Positions 29,557-39,490 of a DNA stretch of 64,000 nt are shown here, one piece after another. The translations under genes were made by a program, and so were the position numbers. Every line of letters starts with the position of its first letter. Positions within the stretch are counted from its first letter, which is position 1. Below the pieces are notes generated by a model, which was given only the letters and a program-made list of their open reading frames with translations, was not told the DNA's origin and did not search any database. The stretch lies in the sequence record PV231353.1; one strand, written 5' to 3'.

Positions 29557-30693
29557 CTACTCCTCGTCCGCCTTCTGAGCACCCTTTTCAGAGATGTTCA
29601 GGCGACCGTGGCCTTCGCCTTCCCTCATGTAGTCTTCGATGTTGAGACCATTTTCCGCCAGCGCTTCGCGAACGGCGTTGGTGTCGAGGGTCTTGCGACC
29701 CTTGATCCACGAGATGGAGGCCTTGATCTTTCCGTCTGCCGACTTCGCGACCCGGACTCCGGTGTTGTGGAACCACTGCTTCAGAGCCTCCGAAGCAGCC
29801 TTGTGTCCCACTTCGGCCGCCTTTTTCGCAGCCGAGGCGCACCGCTCCTCGGCCACAAGGCGTTCGAATTCTTCCAGGATCGGCGCGGGCGTCGTCTTCG
29901 AGTTGGCCTCGCCGGTCGTGGGGGTGGACTTCTTGGTCGTCTGGGCGCAGGCGACCTTGAACGGGCAGTAGGTGCAGGAGCTATCGATCTTGCCCTCGGC
30001 CATGACCTCCGCCGGGTCCTTGATGGCGAAGACGTCGCGCGCGCGCTGCATGGCGACGTCGAACACCTTCTGGTCGAAGGGGACGACGAACACCTCGATG
30101 TCGTCGAAGAACGAAGCGTCGATGTAGATGATGACCGCGTAGTTGGGCCGCCAGGACGAAAGCTGGCGCGTCAATCCCATCTGGACGATCGTCTGACCCC
30201 TATGGATGCTTTTCTCCTCCTTCAGGTTCACCCGAGGATCGATCGACTTGATCTCCAGGTTGAAGCAGTTGGAGGGGTGCTCGACGTCCTTGCGCGAGCC
30301 GCCCAGGGAGGCGATGCCGTACTCGGCCAGGGCGTCATCGTCGGCGTAGATCACCAGACCGTCGGGCGTGGCCGACAGGGGCGCTTCGGGCGAGATGAGG
30401 GTCCGCTGGTTCGCGCCGCCCCAGATCAACTGGGCGTCGCGGGTCAGGTTCTCGGTGATCCACTTCACGCCGGGCTCGACGAAGTAGTTCTCGATCAGGT
30501 CGCCGCGTTGCAGCGCGCCCCAGGACTGCTCGTAGTCCGGGTCCTTCGGGGCGCCGTGCTTGGCGAACCACACCTTGCGCAGGCACCCGAACGCCTCCGA
30601 GGCGCCGACCGACTTGCTGCGGTCGTGCTTCCACACCTTCTGGTGGGCCTCGACGTATTCGTTAAACCCGGATTTGAAGTTGATCGCAGCCAT
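29557..30693 (-). CDS. Cas4-like/PD-(D/E)xK exonuclease
   Basis: 'GASE..GC.R', 'ATPDG', 'EIKS', 'Q...QMG', 'C.YCPF...C'. Confidence 0.8.
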   Translation of the reverse strand: MAAINFKSGFNEYVEAHQKVWKHDRSKSVGASEAFGCLRKVWFAKHGAPKDPDYEQSWGALQRGDLIENYFVEPGVKWITENLTRDAQLIWGGANQRTLISPEAPLSATPDGLVIYADDDALAEYGIASLGGSRKDVEHPSNCFNLEIKSIDPRVNLKEEKSIHRGQTIVQMGLTRQLSSWRPNYAVIIYIDASFFDDIEVFVVPFDQKVFDVAMQRARDVFAIKDPAEVMAEGKIDSSCTYCPFKVACAQTTKKSTPTTGEANSKTTPAPILEEFERLVAEERCASAAKKAAEVGHKAASEALKQWFHNTGVRVAKSADGKIKASISWIKGRKTLDTNAVREALAENGLNIEDYMREGEGHGRLNISEKGAQKADEE

Positions 30694-30764
30694 CGCGCAC
30701 CGTCACATTTCTCTGGTATCGTGACTTGGGTTCATCCAGGGTCACGGGCCTGGGGCGCGGCGCG

Positions 30765-30848
30765 CTAGGGGCGATCGAGCTTGTTACGCAGCCAGATCAG
30801 GAAGGCGGCCCCGATGCAGCCAACGGCGATCCAAAAGAGGTCGGTCAC
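30765..30848 (-). CDS. 27-aa single-TM peptide
   Basis: GTG start overlapping upstream stop; MTDLFWIAVGCIGAAFLIWLRNKLDRP. Confidence 0.45.
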   Translation of the reverse strand: MTDLFWIAVGCIGAAFLIWLRNKLDRP

Positions 30849-31474
30849 GCGGCCTTCTCCCGCATCTTGGCCGCGACCATGTCTTCCATGGCGTAGTAGC
30901 AGCGCTGGGTGGCGAGGACGTCGGCGATAGCGGTGTGGGCGTCCTCGAACCCCTCGCCGATCAGGTGCTTGTGGAGGTCGATCAGCTTGGGCTTGCGATA
31001 GCCGCCCTGCTTGGAGGGCAGCTTCATCAGCGGCATGCCGGCCAGGATCGTGTCGAACATCGCCTTGCCCGCGAACGGGTCGGCGTCCGGGCGGCCCAGG
31101 ACGCGCCGCACGACGTTGGTCATGATCTTGTTGTCGAAGGAGACGTGATTGTGCCCGACGACCAAGTCGGCGACCGCGACCATGTCGCAGAAGGCTTCCA
31201 CGACCAGGACCTCGGTGATCCCGATCTGCTCGGAAAGCTCGGGGCTGATCCCGTGGATGGCGGCGGCGCCGCCCTTGCCGTCCTTGCCGACGGTCCAGTC
31301 TTGCAGCACGTTGGCCGGCACGTCGCCGACCCGCAGGATCATGTCCAGGCGCTGCATTTCCCGGCGCTCCGGATTGGCCAGGATCGCCCCGAGTTGAACA
31401 ACGCGAGGCTGCTCGTCCAGGGAGCGTTTGCTGTCCGGAAAGCCGGTGGTTTCGGTGTCGTAGAAAAGGATCAT
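30845..31474 (-). CDS. DEDDh 3'-5' exonuclease (DnaQ-like)
   Basis: 'FYDTETTG', 'VGHN..FD', 'H.A.ADV'. Confidence 0.92.
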   Translation of the reverse strand: MILFYDTETTGFPDSKRSLDEQPRVVQLGAILANPERREMQRLDMILRVGDVPANVLQDWTVGKDGKGGAAAIHGISPELSEQIGITEVLVVEAFCDMVAVADLVVGHNHVSFDNKIMTNVVRRVLGRPDADPFAGKAMFDTILAGMPLMKLPSKQGGYRKPKLIDLHKHLIGEGFEDAHTAIADVLATQRCYYAMEDMVAAKMREKAA

Positions 31475-31545
31475 CGGGCGATCTCGTTCGGGAGTGTCTT
31501 GTTAACCAAGTTCCGGATGGGTGTCAAGATTCACGACATAGAAAG

Positions 31546-32220
31546 TCAGGAATCGCGACTTGCGGCCTCGGTCTTGATGATCTCGTAGATGCGCTGGGCC
31601 GACAGGCTGTAGGCCTCGGCCAGTTGCGACACCGGCTCGCCCTTGGCGTAGCAGTCGGCGATCTCGGCGTAGAAGCGCTTCTTGGCCTCGGCGCGGCGCA
31701 GCTTGGCCTCGGGCGCGTGGCGGTCGATGAAGCGATAGATCGCGATCCGGGTGACCCCATAGTCCTTGGCGATCAGAGGCACCGGCGCGTAGGCGGCGTA
31801 ATCTTCGATGATGGTGGCGGCGTGGTCGGCGAGGGCCATGGGAATCTCCAGGGTGTCGAGGGCGCGGTCGATCACCACCGCCGCGCGCTTGGAAGGATGC
31901 TTGGTCAGGAAGCCGCAGGGGCGGCCGGCGGCGTAGGGCGGCTCCAGGCCCGCGCAGAGGTACTGGTCGGCGGTCGGGTCCAGCCGCCAGCCCTCGCGCG
32001 TCCCCAGCCACCAGTGCGTCCCGCCGTCGGGGTCGGGAGCGACCATGCCGCGCCAGACGCTGGCCTTGGCGTCGAGCAGATGCCAGAGCGCCTCGGCGGC
32101 GACATAGCAGTGCCCGGCGGTCGGGTTCGAAGCCGTGTACGCGGAACGATAGGGCTCGCGCAGAAGCTCGGGCGTGAGGCCGGCCTGGACGGCGCTAAGG
32201 GATTGGAGCGGCGACAGCAT
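31546..32220 (-). CDS. Protein with transglutaminase/papain-like N-domain and tandem HTH (Mor-like) C-domain
   Basis: ATG at 32220 overlaps polymerase stop; 'GHCY...THWWL...DPTADQ'; C-terminal 'LA..Y.LS..RIY.II'; a separate start at 31839 is possible. Confidence 0.55.
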   Translation of the reverse strand: MLSPLQSLSAVQAGLTPELLREPYRSAYTASNPTAGHCYVAAEALWHLLDAKASVWRGMVAPDPDGGTHWWLGTREGWRLDPTADQYLCAGLEPPYAAGRPCGFLTKHPSKRAAVVIDRALDTLEIPMALADHAATIIEDYAAYAPVPLIAKDYGVTRIAIYRFIDRHAPEAKLRRAEAKKRFYAEIADCYAKGEPVSQLAEAYSLSAQRIYEIIKTEAASRDS

Positions 32221-34466
32221 CAGTGCGTCTCCGCCCAGGTCCGGCCCCACTTGACGTCGACATCGACCGGCAGGCGGAAGTCGAACCGCTCGCCCGCCTC
32301 CTTCGCCGCGTCGACGATGTTGCGGCGGCAGATTTCCTTGACCGCCGCATCGTCGCGCACCGCCACCTGCATTTCGTCGTGGACCCAGGCCAGGACGGCG
32401 TAGTCGCCGTGCCAGCCGTGGACCAGCCCGTCGTCCTCGTTGAAGGTCTCGAAGTTGACGCACCAGCCCTTGGCGATCGTGGCGCCGGCGCCCTGGAGCT
32501 TGGTGTTCAGCGCCGAGTGCTTGGCCCGCACGAAGAGATGGCGGCCGTCGAGGGCGTCGACATAGCCGCGCTTGGCTTCGCGCTGCACCGACTTGACCAC
32601 CTGTTGCAGGGCCGGGATGCGCGTCATGATCCGCCGGCGCATTTCCGAGCCCAGGGCCTTGGCCTTGGCGACGTTCATGGTCAGCGACGGGTCGACGGTG
32701 CAGCCCAGCTTGTAGTCCTGGGCGCCGTAGATCATGGCGTAGATGAAGGTCTTGGCGGTGTCGCGCGACTCCATCTCCATGGCCGCTTGGTGGACGCCGT
32801 GGACGTCGCCGTCGAGCACGATCTTGCCGTACTGCCCGTTGTCGAACTCCGCCATGAAGTGGGCCAGACAGCGCAGTTCGATACCGGCTTGGTCGGCGCC
32901 CATCAGGGTCCAGCCCTCGGGGACGTAGAAGAGGTCGCGGCAGTCCCAGCCGTGATCGCCCTCGCGGCCCTTCATCAGGACCTTCTTGGTGACCACCTCG
33001 CCCTTTTCGTTCAGGGTGAACTCGCCCTCGGGCGTCAGCACCGGGCGGCCCCGGATTTGCTTGCCGTCCGGGCCGAGCAACGGGATCGTCTTGGCCTCGT
33101 CCTTCCATTGCGGCGGCGACTTGAAGACGACGCGCGGGACCTGGGCGATGTTGGGGTTGGAGTGCGAGGCCCGGTTGGTCACCGTGCCGCCGACATTGAC
33201 GCGGCCGTGAATTTTGCCGTCGCCGTTCCACTCCTCGCACTTGACCAGCCAGCCGTTCTTGCCGTCGACCAACTGCCCCAGGCGCTTCTTGTAGTAGAAG
33301 ATTTCCGCCAGGGTCTCGCAGATCGGGATCACCAGCTTCTTGGTGTTCTCGTCCTCGGCCTTGGCCAGATCGCGCAGCACTTCGTCGTCCACCACCGGCG
33401 AGCCGGTTTCGGTGAACTCCTGGGGTTGCCAGCCATAGACCTTGGTCAAGCGGTCGATGATCTGCGGACGCGAGTTGGGGTTGAACTCGGTGATCTTGAC
33501 CGGGCAAAACGGCGCGCCGGCGGTGCGGTCGCCCTTCATCGGGTCCTTGTACTTGACATCGCGCGTCGGGACCGTCACCTCCGCCCAGTGCTCGCGGCTG
33601 TCGTCCTCGCCGAATTCGGGGCGCGGCTTGTAGGCGACCTGATCCTTCTCGGGCTTGCCGGTCTCGGGCGAGGTGTAGGTGGTCGACTTGTGGCGCTTGA
33701 GCCACTTGCCCGGCACCCACCAGGAGCCGAAGTGCGCGATCGCCTCGTCCGACATCTTGGTGTGCGCCGTGCGCAGTTCTTCTTCCAGGCGACGCGCTCG
33801 CTCGCGGTGGAACGGGAAGCCGTTGCGCTGCACCCGCTCCATCATGTCGTGGATCATGTGTTCGAGCGTGATCGCGGTCTTGGACCACGGCCGGCTCTCG
33901 ATCTTGCGCCACAGGGCCTCGGTGACCTCGACGTCCTGGATCGCGTAGTCTTCCATGTCCTGGTTCCAGGACCCCCAGACGTACTTGCTGATCTCGGCCT
34001 TGTCGGTGATGCCCTTGGCCTTGGCCTCTTCCTCGGCCACGTCGGCGTAGTCGCCCTTGGGGAAGCCCAGGCGCTGGCCCCAGGCGCCCAGTTCGTGCGA
34101 GCCGATGTAGCCGCCCCAGAGGTCGCCGCGCTTCCACATCCGGAAGTCGTCGTCCTTGAGGTCGGCGAACAGCATGCGCGTCATCACCAGGGTGTCGCGG
34201 ATGATCCCCTGGGGATTGAACTTGTTGCCATAGACCTTCCACAGGGCCTCGCAGTCGAAGCCGATGATGTTGTGGCCGATCAGCATGTCGGCGTCGTTCA
34301 GCATCGCGACGCCTTCGAGGATGTTGTCCTCGCGCTTGTTGCGGTGGAAGACCCAACGCTGACGGGTGTCGGCGTCCTTGATCACCAGGATGTGGATGCG
34401 CGTCAGTTGCAGCAGCAGCCCATCGGTTTCAAGGTCGAACAGGAGCCGGCGCTTACGGAGCTTCAT
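32220..34466 (-). CDS. DNA polymerase, family A (T7-like)
   Basis: Exonuclease 'FDLET', 'GHNI..FD', 'Y..QDV'; polymerase motifs 'DQAGIELR', 'R..AKTFIYA..YG', 'VHDE'. Confidence 0.97.
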   Translation of the reverse strand: MKLRKRRLLFDLETDGLLLQLTRIHILVIKDADTRQRWVFHRNKREDNILEGVAMLNDADMLIGHNIIGFDCEALWKVYGNKFNPQGIIRDTLVMTRMLFADLKDDDFRMWKRGDLWGGYIGSHELGAWGQRLGFPKGDYADVAEEEAKAKGITDKAEISKYVWGSWNQDMEDYAIQDVEVTEALWRKIESRPWSKTAITLEHMIHDMMERVQRNGFPFHRERARRLEEELRTAHTKMSDEAIAHFGSWWVPGKWLKRHKSTTYTSPETGKPEKDQVAYKPRPEFGEDDSREHWAEVTVPTRDVKYKDPMKGDRTAGAPFCPVKITEFNPNSRPQIIDRLTKVYGWQPQEFTETGSPVVDDEVLRDLAKAEDENTKKLVIPICETLAEIFYYKKRLGQLVDGKNGWLVKCEEWNGDGKIHGRVNVGGTVTNRASHSNPNIAQVPRVVFKSPPQWKDEAKTIPLLGPDGKQIRGRPVLTPEGEFTLNEKGEVVTKKVLMKGREGDHGWDCRDLFYVPEGWTLMGADQAGIELRCLAHFMAEFDNGQYGKIVLDGDVHGVHQAAMEMESRDTAKTFIYAMIYGAQDYKLGCTVDPSLTMNVAKAKALGSEMRRRIMTRIPALQQVVKSVQREAKRGYVDALDGRHLFVRAKHSALNTKLQGAGATIAKGWCVNFETFNEDDGLVHGWHGDYAVLAWVHDEMQVAVRDDAAVKEICRRNIVDAAKEAGERFDFRLPVDVDVKWGRTWAETH

Positions 34467-35511
34467 GGAGCACCTTGAGGATTTGATCGCCGATCCAGTC
34501 CACCATCGGGACGATCAGGCTGTTGCCGACGATGGTCCGGCGCTCGGTGTCCGAGAGCCCTTCGATCGCGGTGTGGCCGACGGGCATGCCCATCAGGCGC
34601 TCGTACTCGGACACGGTGTGATTGCGGATGCGCCAGTCCTCGCCTTCCTTGACGAGCAGCATGGCGACGCTGGAGCCGCCGCCGGCCGTGCGCAGGCAGT
34701 TGGCGATTACGCCGCGCTCTTCGATTTGCTGGTCGGGGCGTCCGCGAACAGCGAGGGATCGAGCCCGTGGGACAGGGCGGCCGTCAATTCCGGCGACAAG
34801 GTCCGACCGGCTCGGATCGCGTTGTTCAGGAGGGTCAAACGCCGGGACGGGCTCATGTACAATCCGGCGGGGATCGATTCCGGAGCGTCGAGTACACGCG
34901 ACAAGCACAAGCCGGGGGCGGGACTGGGGGATTCCGAACTGGGGACCGTCGAAGACCGTCCAGGCGATCGCGCGGCGCGGTCCCAGCACATAACCACAGT
35001 CCGGCCACCGATTCCCTGCCGTGTCGTCGTCACCTTCGGGCTTTCCGTAGGGATAGAGGGGTTCTCGCTCGCCGGCGAGGCGTCCGAGGAATTGTCCAAA
35101 GGCGTTGTCCTTGTTGGAGAGGAGCTTGACCACGTTCTCGAAGCAGAAGATCGGAGGATCGACCTCGTCGATCACCCGCAGGCCCGAAAGGGTCAGTTGT
35201 CCGCGCGGGTCGGCCAGACCCAGGCCCTTGCCAGCCTCGCTCCACGGCTGGCAGGGGAACGACGCCCACAGGACGTCGACCTTGCCCTCGTGGGGCGTGC
35301 CGTCGATCTGTTCGAGGTTCCCGAGGTTCGGGACGGCCTTCCAGTGCGTCTCCAGGAGACGGATCGGGGCCGAGGCGATCTCGCTGAAGAAGCGGGCCTT
35401 GCCGCCCTTCTTCTCCCACGCCACCGAGGGGACGTCGGCGCCGGAGCAAAGGGTCGCAAAGACCCACGGCGTGACGCCGGAGGCGTCCGCAGGGGAGGGG
35501 TTCGGGGACAT
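34453..35511 (-). CDS. C5-cytosine DNA methyltransferase
   Basis: 'ASFPCQPWS', 'FENV', 'PQSRPR', 'GNS'; motif I is atypical (LCSGAD). Confidence 0.85.
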   Translation of the reverse strand: MSPNPSPADASGVTPWVFATLCSGADVPSVAWEKKGGKARFFSEIASAPIRLLETHWKAVPNLGNLEQIDGTPHEGKVDVLWASFPCQPWSEAGKGLGLADPRGQLTLSGLRVIDEVDPPIFCFENVVKLLSNKDNAFGQFLGRLAGEREPLYPYGKPEGDDDTAGNRWPDCGYVLGPRRAIAWTVFDGPQFGIPQSRPRLVLVACTRRSGIDPRRIVHEPVPAFDPPEQRDPSRSDLVAGIDGRPVPRARSLAVRGRPDQQIEERGVIANCLRTAGGGSSVAMLLVKEGEDWRIRNHTVSEYERLMGMPVGHTAIEGLSDTERRTIVGNSLIVPMVDWIGDQILKVLHEAP

Positions 35512-35566
35512 GGCTCTATGGTTAACGGATGTCGTGAATCACGTCAAGAAATGTCGTCAACGACGA

Positions 35567-36355
35567 CTAATTCTTGTCGGCGGCGGGCTGACGCAGGCGC
35601 GCGTGCATGGCCTCGATCTCGTCGTCCGACAGCGGCCGGCGGCCCGTGGTCTTGACCTCGCCACGCCAGATGACGTCGGCGAGCTTGAGGAACGCCTTGG
35701 CGAGCTTCTGCTTGTCGGTGTGCCCGATCGCGCGCTGAAGGCCCTCGGGCCAGCGCGGCGGCAGGGCGTAGAAATACATCAGCCCCGGCCGGGTCCAGAC
35801 GTCGACGGCGAAGTCGCCCGCCTGCCGCTTTCCCACCGCGAACGACTGGTCGCCCAGCATCGCGACGTTGTTCTCGTCGTAGTAGCCGATCCCCAGCCTG
35901 ATCTTGTCGATCTCGCTGTCATAGGCCAGCCACAGGCAGCGCCCATCGCCCAGGGGGACGTTCTCGATCTCCCAGTCCTGGGGATGGCCCCAGACCGCGT
36001 CGTGGGCTTCGCGGATGGCGTCGGCCAGCATGCCGGTGATCGTCTTGGGCGAGACCGAATCCCCGACCACCAGGAACGAGCCGGGCTCGATCTCCAGGGT
36101 CTTGTCGACCCCGAAATGCTCGGCCAGCCGCCCGGCCTTGAACGAGAAGCCCTCGCGCTCGATGCGGTCGGCGATCTCGTAGGCGAATCCCGGCTTGAGG
36201 TTGAGCGTCATCACGTGCGAGACGTTCAGCCCCGAGGCCGATTCATGCCCGAGCCCGATCTGGATCGAATGGGTCTCGGACGTCACCAGGGCGTAGAGGA
36301 AGCCCCCGGAGGGCCGGGTCGGATAGGCGACCCGGCGGGAGAAGAGGAGGGTCAT
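35567..36355 (-). CDS. Hypothetical protein with internal duplication
   Basis: Two related segments, 'SETHSIQIGLG' and 'SEIDKIRLGIG'. Confidence 0.65.
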   Translation of the reverse strand: MTLLFSRRVAYPTRPSGGFLYALVTSETHSIQIGLGHESASGLNVSHVMTLNLKPGFAYEIADRIEREGFSFKAGRLAEHFGVDKTLEIEPGSFLVVGDSVSPKTITGMLADAIREAHDAVWGHPQDWEIENVPLGDGRCLWLAYDSEIDKIRLGIGYYDENNVAMLGDQSFAVGKRQAGDFAVDVWTRPGLMYFYALPPRWPEGLQRAIGHTDKQKLAKAFLKLADVIWRGEVKTTGRRPLSDDEIEAMHARLRQPAADKN

Positions 36356-36365
36356 GGGACCTCGC

Positions 36366-38070
36366 TTACAGGCGCCAGTGGCGGCCGTTGAAGGTGATCA
36401 GCGCCCGCTTGCCGTTCGGGTACTGCACGCAGTGGGTGTGCGCCCAGGACGAGGGGCCGGTGTTGTAGCCCATGTCCAGCTTCGAGGTCGTGCCGGTGTT
36501 GTAGGCGCTCTCGAAAATGCCGGGCGAGTGAGTGTGGCCAAACGTAGTCTTCGGGCCGATCTTGGCGAACTGCTGGATGTTGCCGCGCGAGCCGTTGGCG
36601 CCGTTGTGACCGTGGTTGGAGTGCTCGACCCCACCGACGACGCAGGATTCGTCCTCGCGCAGGAACTTCACGCCGTTGCAGTTCCAGACGTCGAAGGCGT
36701 TGGTCATCACCTCCTCGAAGATCGAGAAGTTCTTCTCGCCGGTCCGGATCGAGGCGTAGACCGCCCGCTGACAGGTGAGGAAGAACTCGGCATTGACCGG
36801 GTCGGCGCGGTAGTCGGCCGTCTTCAGCCACTTGTTGAGCGCCAGATCGTGGTTGCTCTCAACCACCGTGACCTTCGAGTCCGGGGCCTGCCGACCCAGG
36901 ATGGTCAGGAACATCGCCACCTCGCGCAGTTCCTGCTCGACGCTTTCGGAGCCCTTGACATAGAGCCGGAAGCGGTCGTGCGGATCGGCGATGTTGTGGT
37001 GGTTGCGCGCCCGGAAGTCGGAGACGTCGTGGACGAAGATGTGCTCGGGCCGCAGGACGTCGATCATCGACGGCGTCGCCACGCTGCCCCACACCCGGCT
37101 CCCGTCGGCCGAGCGCTGCTCGGTCGGGAAGAAGCCGAAGGTGGCGGCCGAGACCTCGGGATCGATCTGCGCCACGTGGACGTCGCCGGGCGTCAGGCAG
37201 GCCACGCGATGGCCCTCGGTGACCACGCCGTCCTTGACGAAGACGTCCAGGTCGTAGAACGAGCCATCGGTGTCGCCCAGAAGGTGGCGGCAGAAGAACT
37301 TGCCGTCCTCGTCGACCTCGACCAGCACCGCGCCCAACTGGTGGTGGAAGCTGGCCTTGATCCCGGCCTTCTTGGGGACGTAGTTCGGCTTGGTGACCGC
37401 GCCCGTCGTCATGATCTGCTTGGACGGGGTGTGCTTCATCGTCGGAACGCTGACGAGTTGCACCTTGGCGTGGGGGAAGATGCCCCAGCGCTCGCGGGTG
37501 TAGGAGTGGAAGCCCGACAGCGGATTCTCGGCCGTGGGGAGGGTGTTCATCTCGCCGCAGAAGTCGATCCGGTCGGCGATCCGCACGCGCTCGGCGACGA
37601 GGTATTCCATCACCCGCTTGTGGAAGAACGCCGCGTGCTTGGCGTGGTCCTCGAACAGGCGCTTGGAGTAGGTGAAGCCAGCGATCATGATCTCGCACGG
37701 CGCGTCCTGGCGCAGGTGCTCGGCATAGGCCTCCAGGTTGTCGACGAACTCCTCGTGGATGTGCGTCGAGATCCTGGGCCGAGGACAGGATGAACCGCCG
37801 GCGCCCGGTGGTCTCATCCACCGGCACGGTCCGGGCGGCGGGCGCCGGGCGGTGCGACAGCGGGTCCTTGCGCATCGAGTAGAGGCGGTTCTGGAGCGTC
37901 GTGCGCTTGACGCTGTACTTGCGCGAGAACGCCCGTTGACCGCCGGCCTTCTTGACCATCGCGTTCAGTTCTTCCGGCGACACCGAGTAGATGTCGAACG
38001 GACCCTCGGCCGGCAGGGCGGCCTTGGGCTTCTTGCCCGCCTTGGAAGCGTGTTCGAACTCAGCCGGCAT
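36366..38070 (-). pseudogene. Calcineurin-like metallophosphoesterase with N-terminal HTH, interrupted by a frameshift near 37770
   Basis: N-part MPAEF...ILSSAQD (from 38070) continues in a different frame as STHIHEEF; motifs GDVH, HD, SNHD, HGH, GHTH. Confidence 0.75.
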
Positions 38071-38761
38071 AGAGAAGCTCCGGTTTGGCGCTGACCGGCT
38101 TGGACCACGACCAGACGTACCAAGCATAGGCGAAGCGCGGGGCGCCCTTGGTGCCGGCGATCCAGCGGGGGCGGTGACGAAGGGTGACCTTCGCGGTGAA
38201 GGCGGGGTGATCGAACAGGTCCGCGCGCGAGCGCGCCGCGTCCCATTCGTGGCGGCAGAGGAAGGCCACAAGGCCCTGGTCGGCCTCCATCAGGTCCAGC
38301 GCGTGGCGCGCGGCGCGCTCGGCGTCCTTGCCGTAGGGCGGGTTGGTGACGATCGCGTCCGGGCGCGGCGGCAGCGGCGTGTTCTTGCGCTCCTCGCCTT
38401 TCTCGTCGACAACCGTCTCGGGGCGGGCCTTCAGCGCGCCCAGGCGGTCGAGGTCGGCCGGTGTCAGCTTGAAGAAGTCCTCGACCGCGTCGACCTCGAA
38501 GCCCTCGTAGCGGTGGATGTCCGTGGCGAGGACCTCCTGCACGAAGGGCTTGAGCGGCGTGGCGATGGCGCCGTTGCCGGCGAAGGGCTCCCAGGCGAAG
38601 AACGGGGCGAAGTCATCGCCCAGGGCCTCGATCAGGGCGTCGAAGGCCGGCCGAGGAGTCGGGTAAAAGTCCAGCGGGGTCCTGGCATATCCGGAGGCGC
38701 CCAGCATGGAGGGGTCTTTGCGACCAGCATCGGAGAGAGACATGGTCGTGAGGGATGTCAT
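38060..38761 (-). CDS. Putative N6-adenine DNA methyltransferase
   Basis: 'DFYPTP', 'EPFAGNGAI', 'TNPPY'. Confidence 0.8.
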   Translation of the reverse strand: MTSLTTMSLSDAGRKDPSMLGASGYARTPLDFYPTPRPAFDALIEALGDDFAPFFAWEPFAGNGAIATPLKPFVQEVLATDIHRYEGFEVDAVEDFFKLTPADLDRLGALKARPETVVDEKGEERKNTPLPPRPDAIVTNPPYGKDAERAARHALDLMEADQGLVAFLCRHEWDAARSRADLFDHPAFTAKVTLRHRPRWIAGTKGAPRFAYAWYVWSWSKPVSAKPELLYAG

Positions 38762-38791
38762 GGTTAACGAAGGGTGTCAAGATTCACGACA

Positions 38792-38820
38792 TTGACTGTC
38801 GTGACGCAGCACGTTAATCA
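38792..38820 (+). promoter_or_regulatory. Sigma70-type promoter for the ROOL-like RNA
   Basis: TTGACT-N17-TAATCA, divergent from the methyltransferase promoter. Confidence 0.7.
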
Positions 38821-38829
38821 GGAGGCAAC

Positions 38830-39446
38830 GGGCCGTCCTTCTGCATTAGCCCCGCCGTCGCGCCTTCCAGGCGGCACGGGCCGGGACGGTGGTTGGTGAC
38901 GAGCAGGCCGAGGCAGCGGCGGGCGAGTCGAAGGAGAACCCGGCGAGCGGCGGAAGGCGTCGTTGACGCCCTCGGACTCGACAAGCACGGGGTGATGCCG
39001 GAAATCACCGCGATCGCGCGGACGTCTGGACGTTGCTAGGCGTAAGGCAGGCCTGCCGAGAAGTGGAAACGGCCGGGGCGGGCGGGACTTGATCTCGTCC
39101 GCCTTTCCGCCTAAGCTTCCCTCATTGCAGGCGCAGCACCGCCCTTCGCTAACGGCCCCGAGGGGTACGCAAGGGCTAGAAGCCTTGCCTGGGACAGGAC
39201 TGCCTCTGATCCAGGAACGCCCTGGGCCGCGTAGCGCCCATGACGCGAACGCCGGCCGAGAATGGGCGACTAGGCGTGACGGCGGCCAGAGGCCGCAGCG
39301 ACATTCCAAGCTCGATAGAGCGATCGGCGGGCCGGGGCGAAAGCCCTGTTTCGAGAGCCAGGGCAACCCGTCATAGGTCCTGGTCGGGCGACGAGGCAGC
39401 AAGTCCCGCGAACGGAGCCTCTGAGGCGGCGTCACCAAGATGCAGC
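38830..39446 (+). ncRNA. ROOL-like large ornate RNA (core 38893-39438)
   Basis: Perfect 9-bp closing stem TTGGTGACG/CGTCACCAA; ordered blocks GTTGCTAGGC..AAGG, CTAAGC..TCATTG, TAGC..C..GACGC, TTCCAA, CTGTT..GAG.GC, ATAGGT resemble ROOL as recalled; own promoter and terminator. Confidence 0.7.
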
Positions 39447-39451
39447 AGACG

Positions 39452-39486
39452 CAAAAAGGCCCCGATCGCGAGATCGGGGCCTTTTC
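39452..39486. terminator. Bidirectional Rho-independent terminator
   Basis: aaaaaggccccgatc-gcga-gatcggggcctttt. Confidence 0.9.
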
Positions 39487-39490
39487 ATGT

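Noticed and set aside
29557-30693. CRISPR-Cas system suggested by the Cas4-like nuclease
   Set aside because: No repeat-spacer array or other cas genes in the window; solo Cas4-like exonucleases are common in phages.
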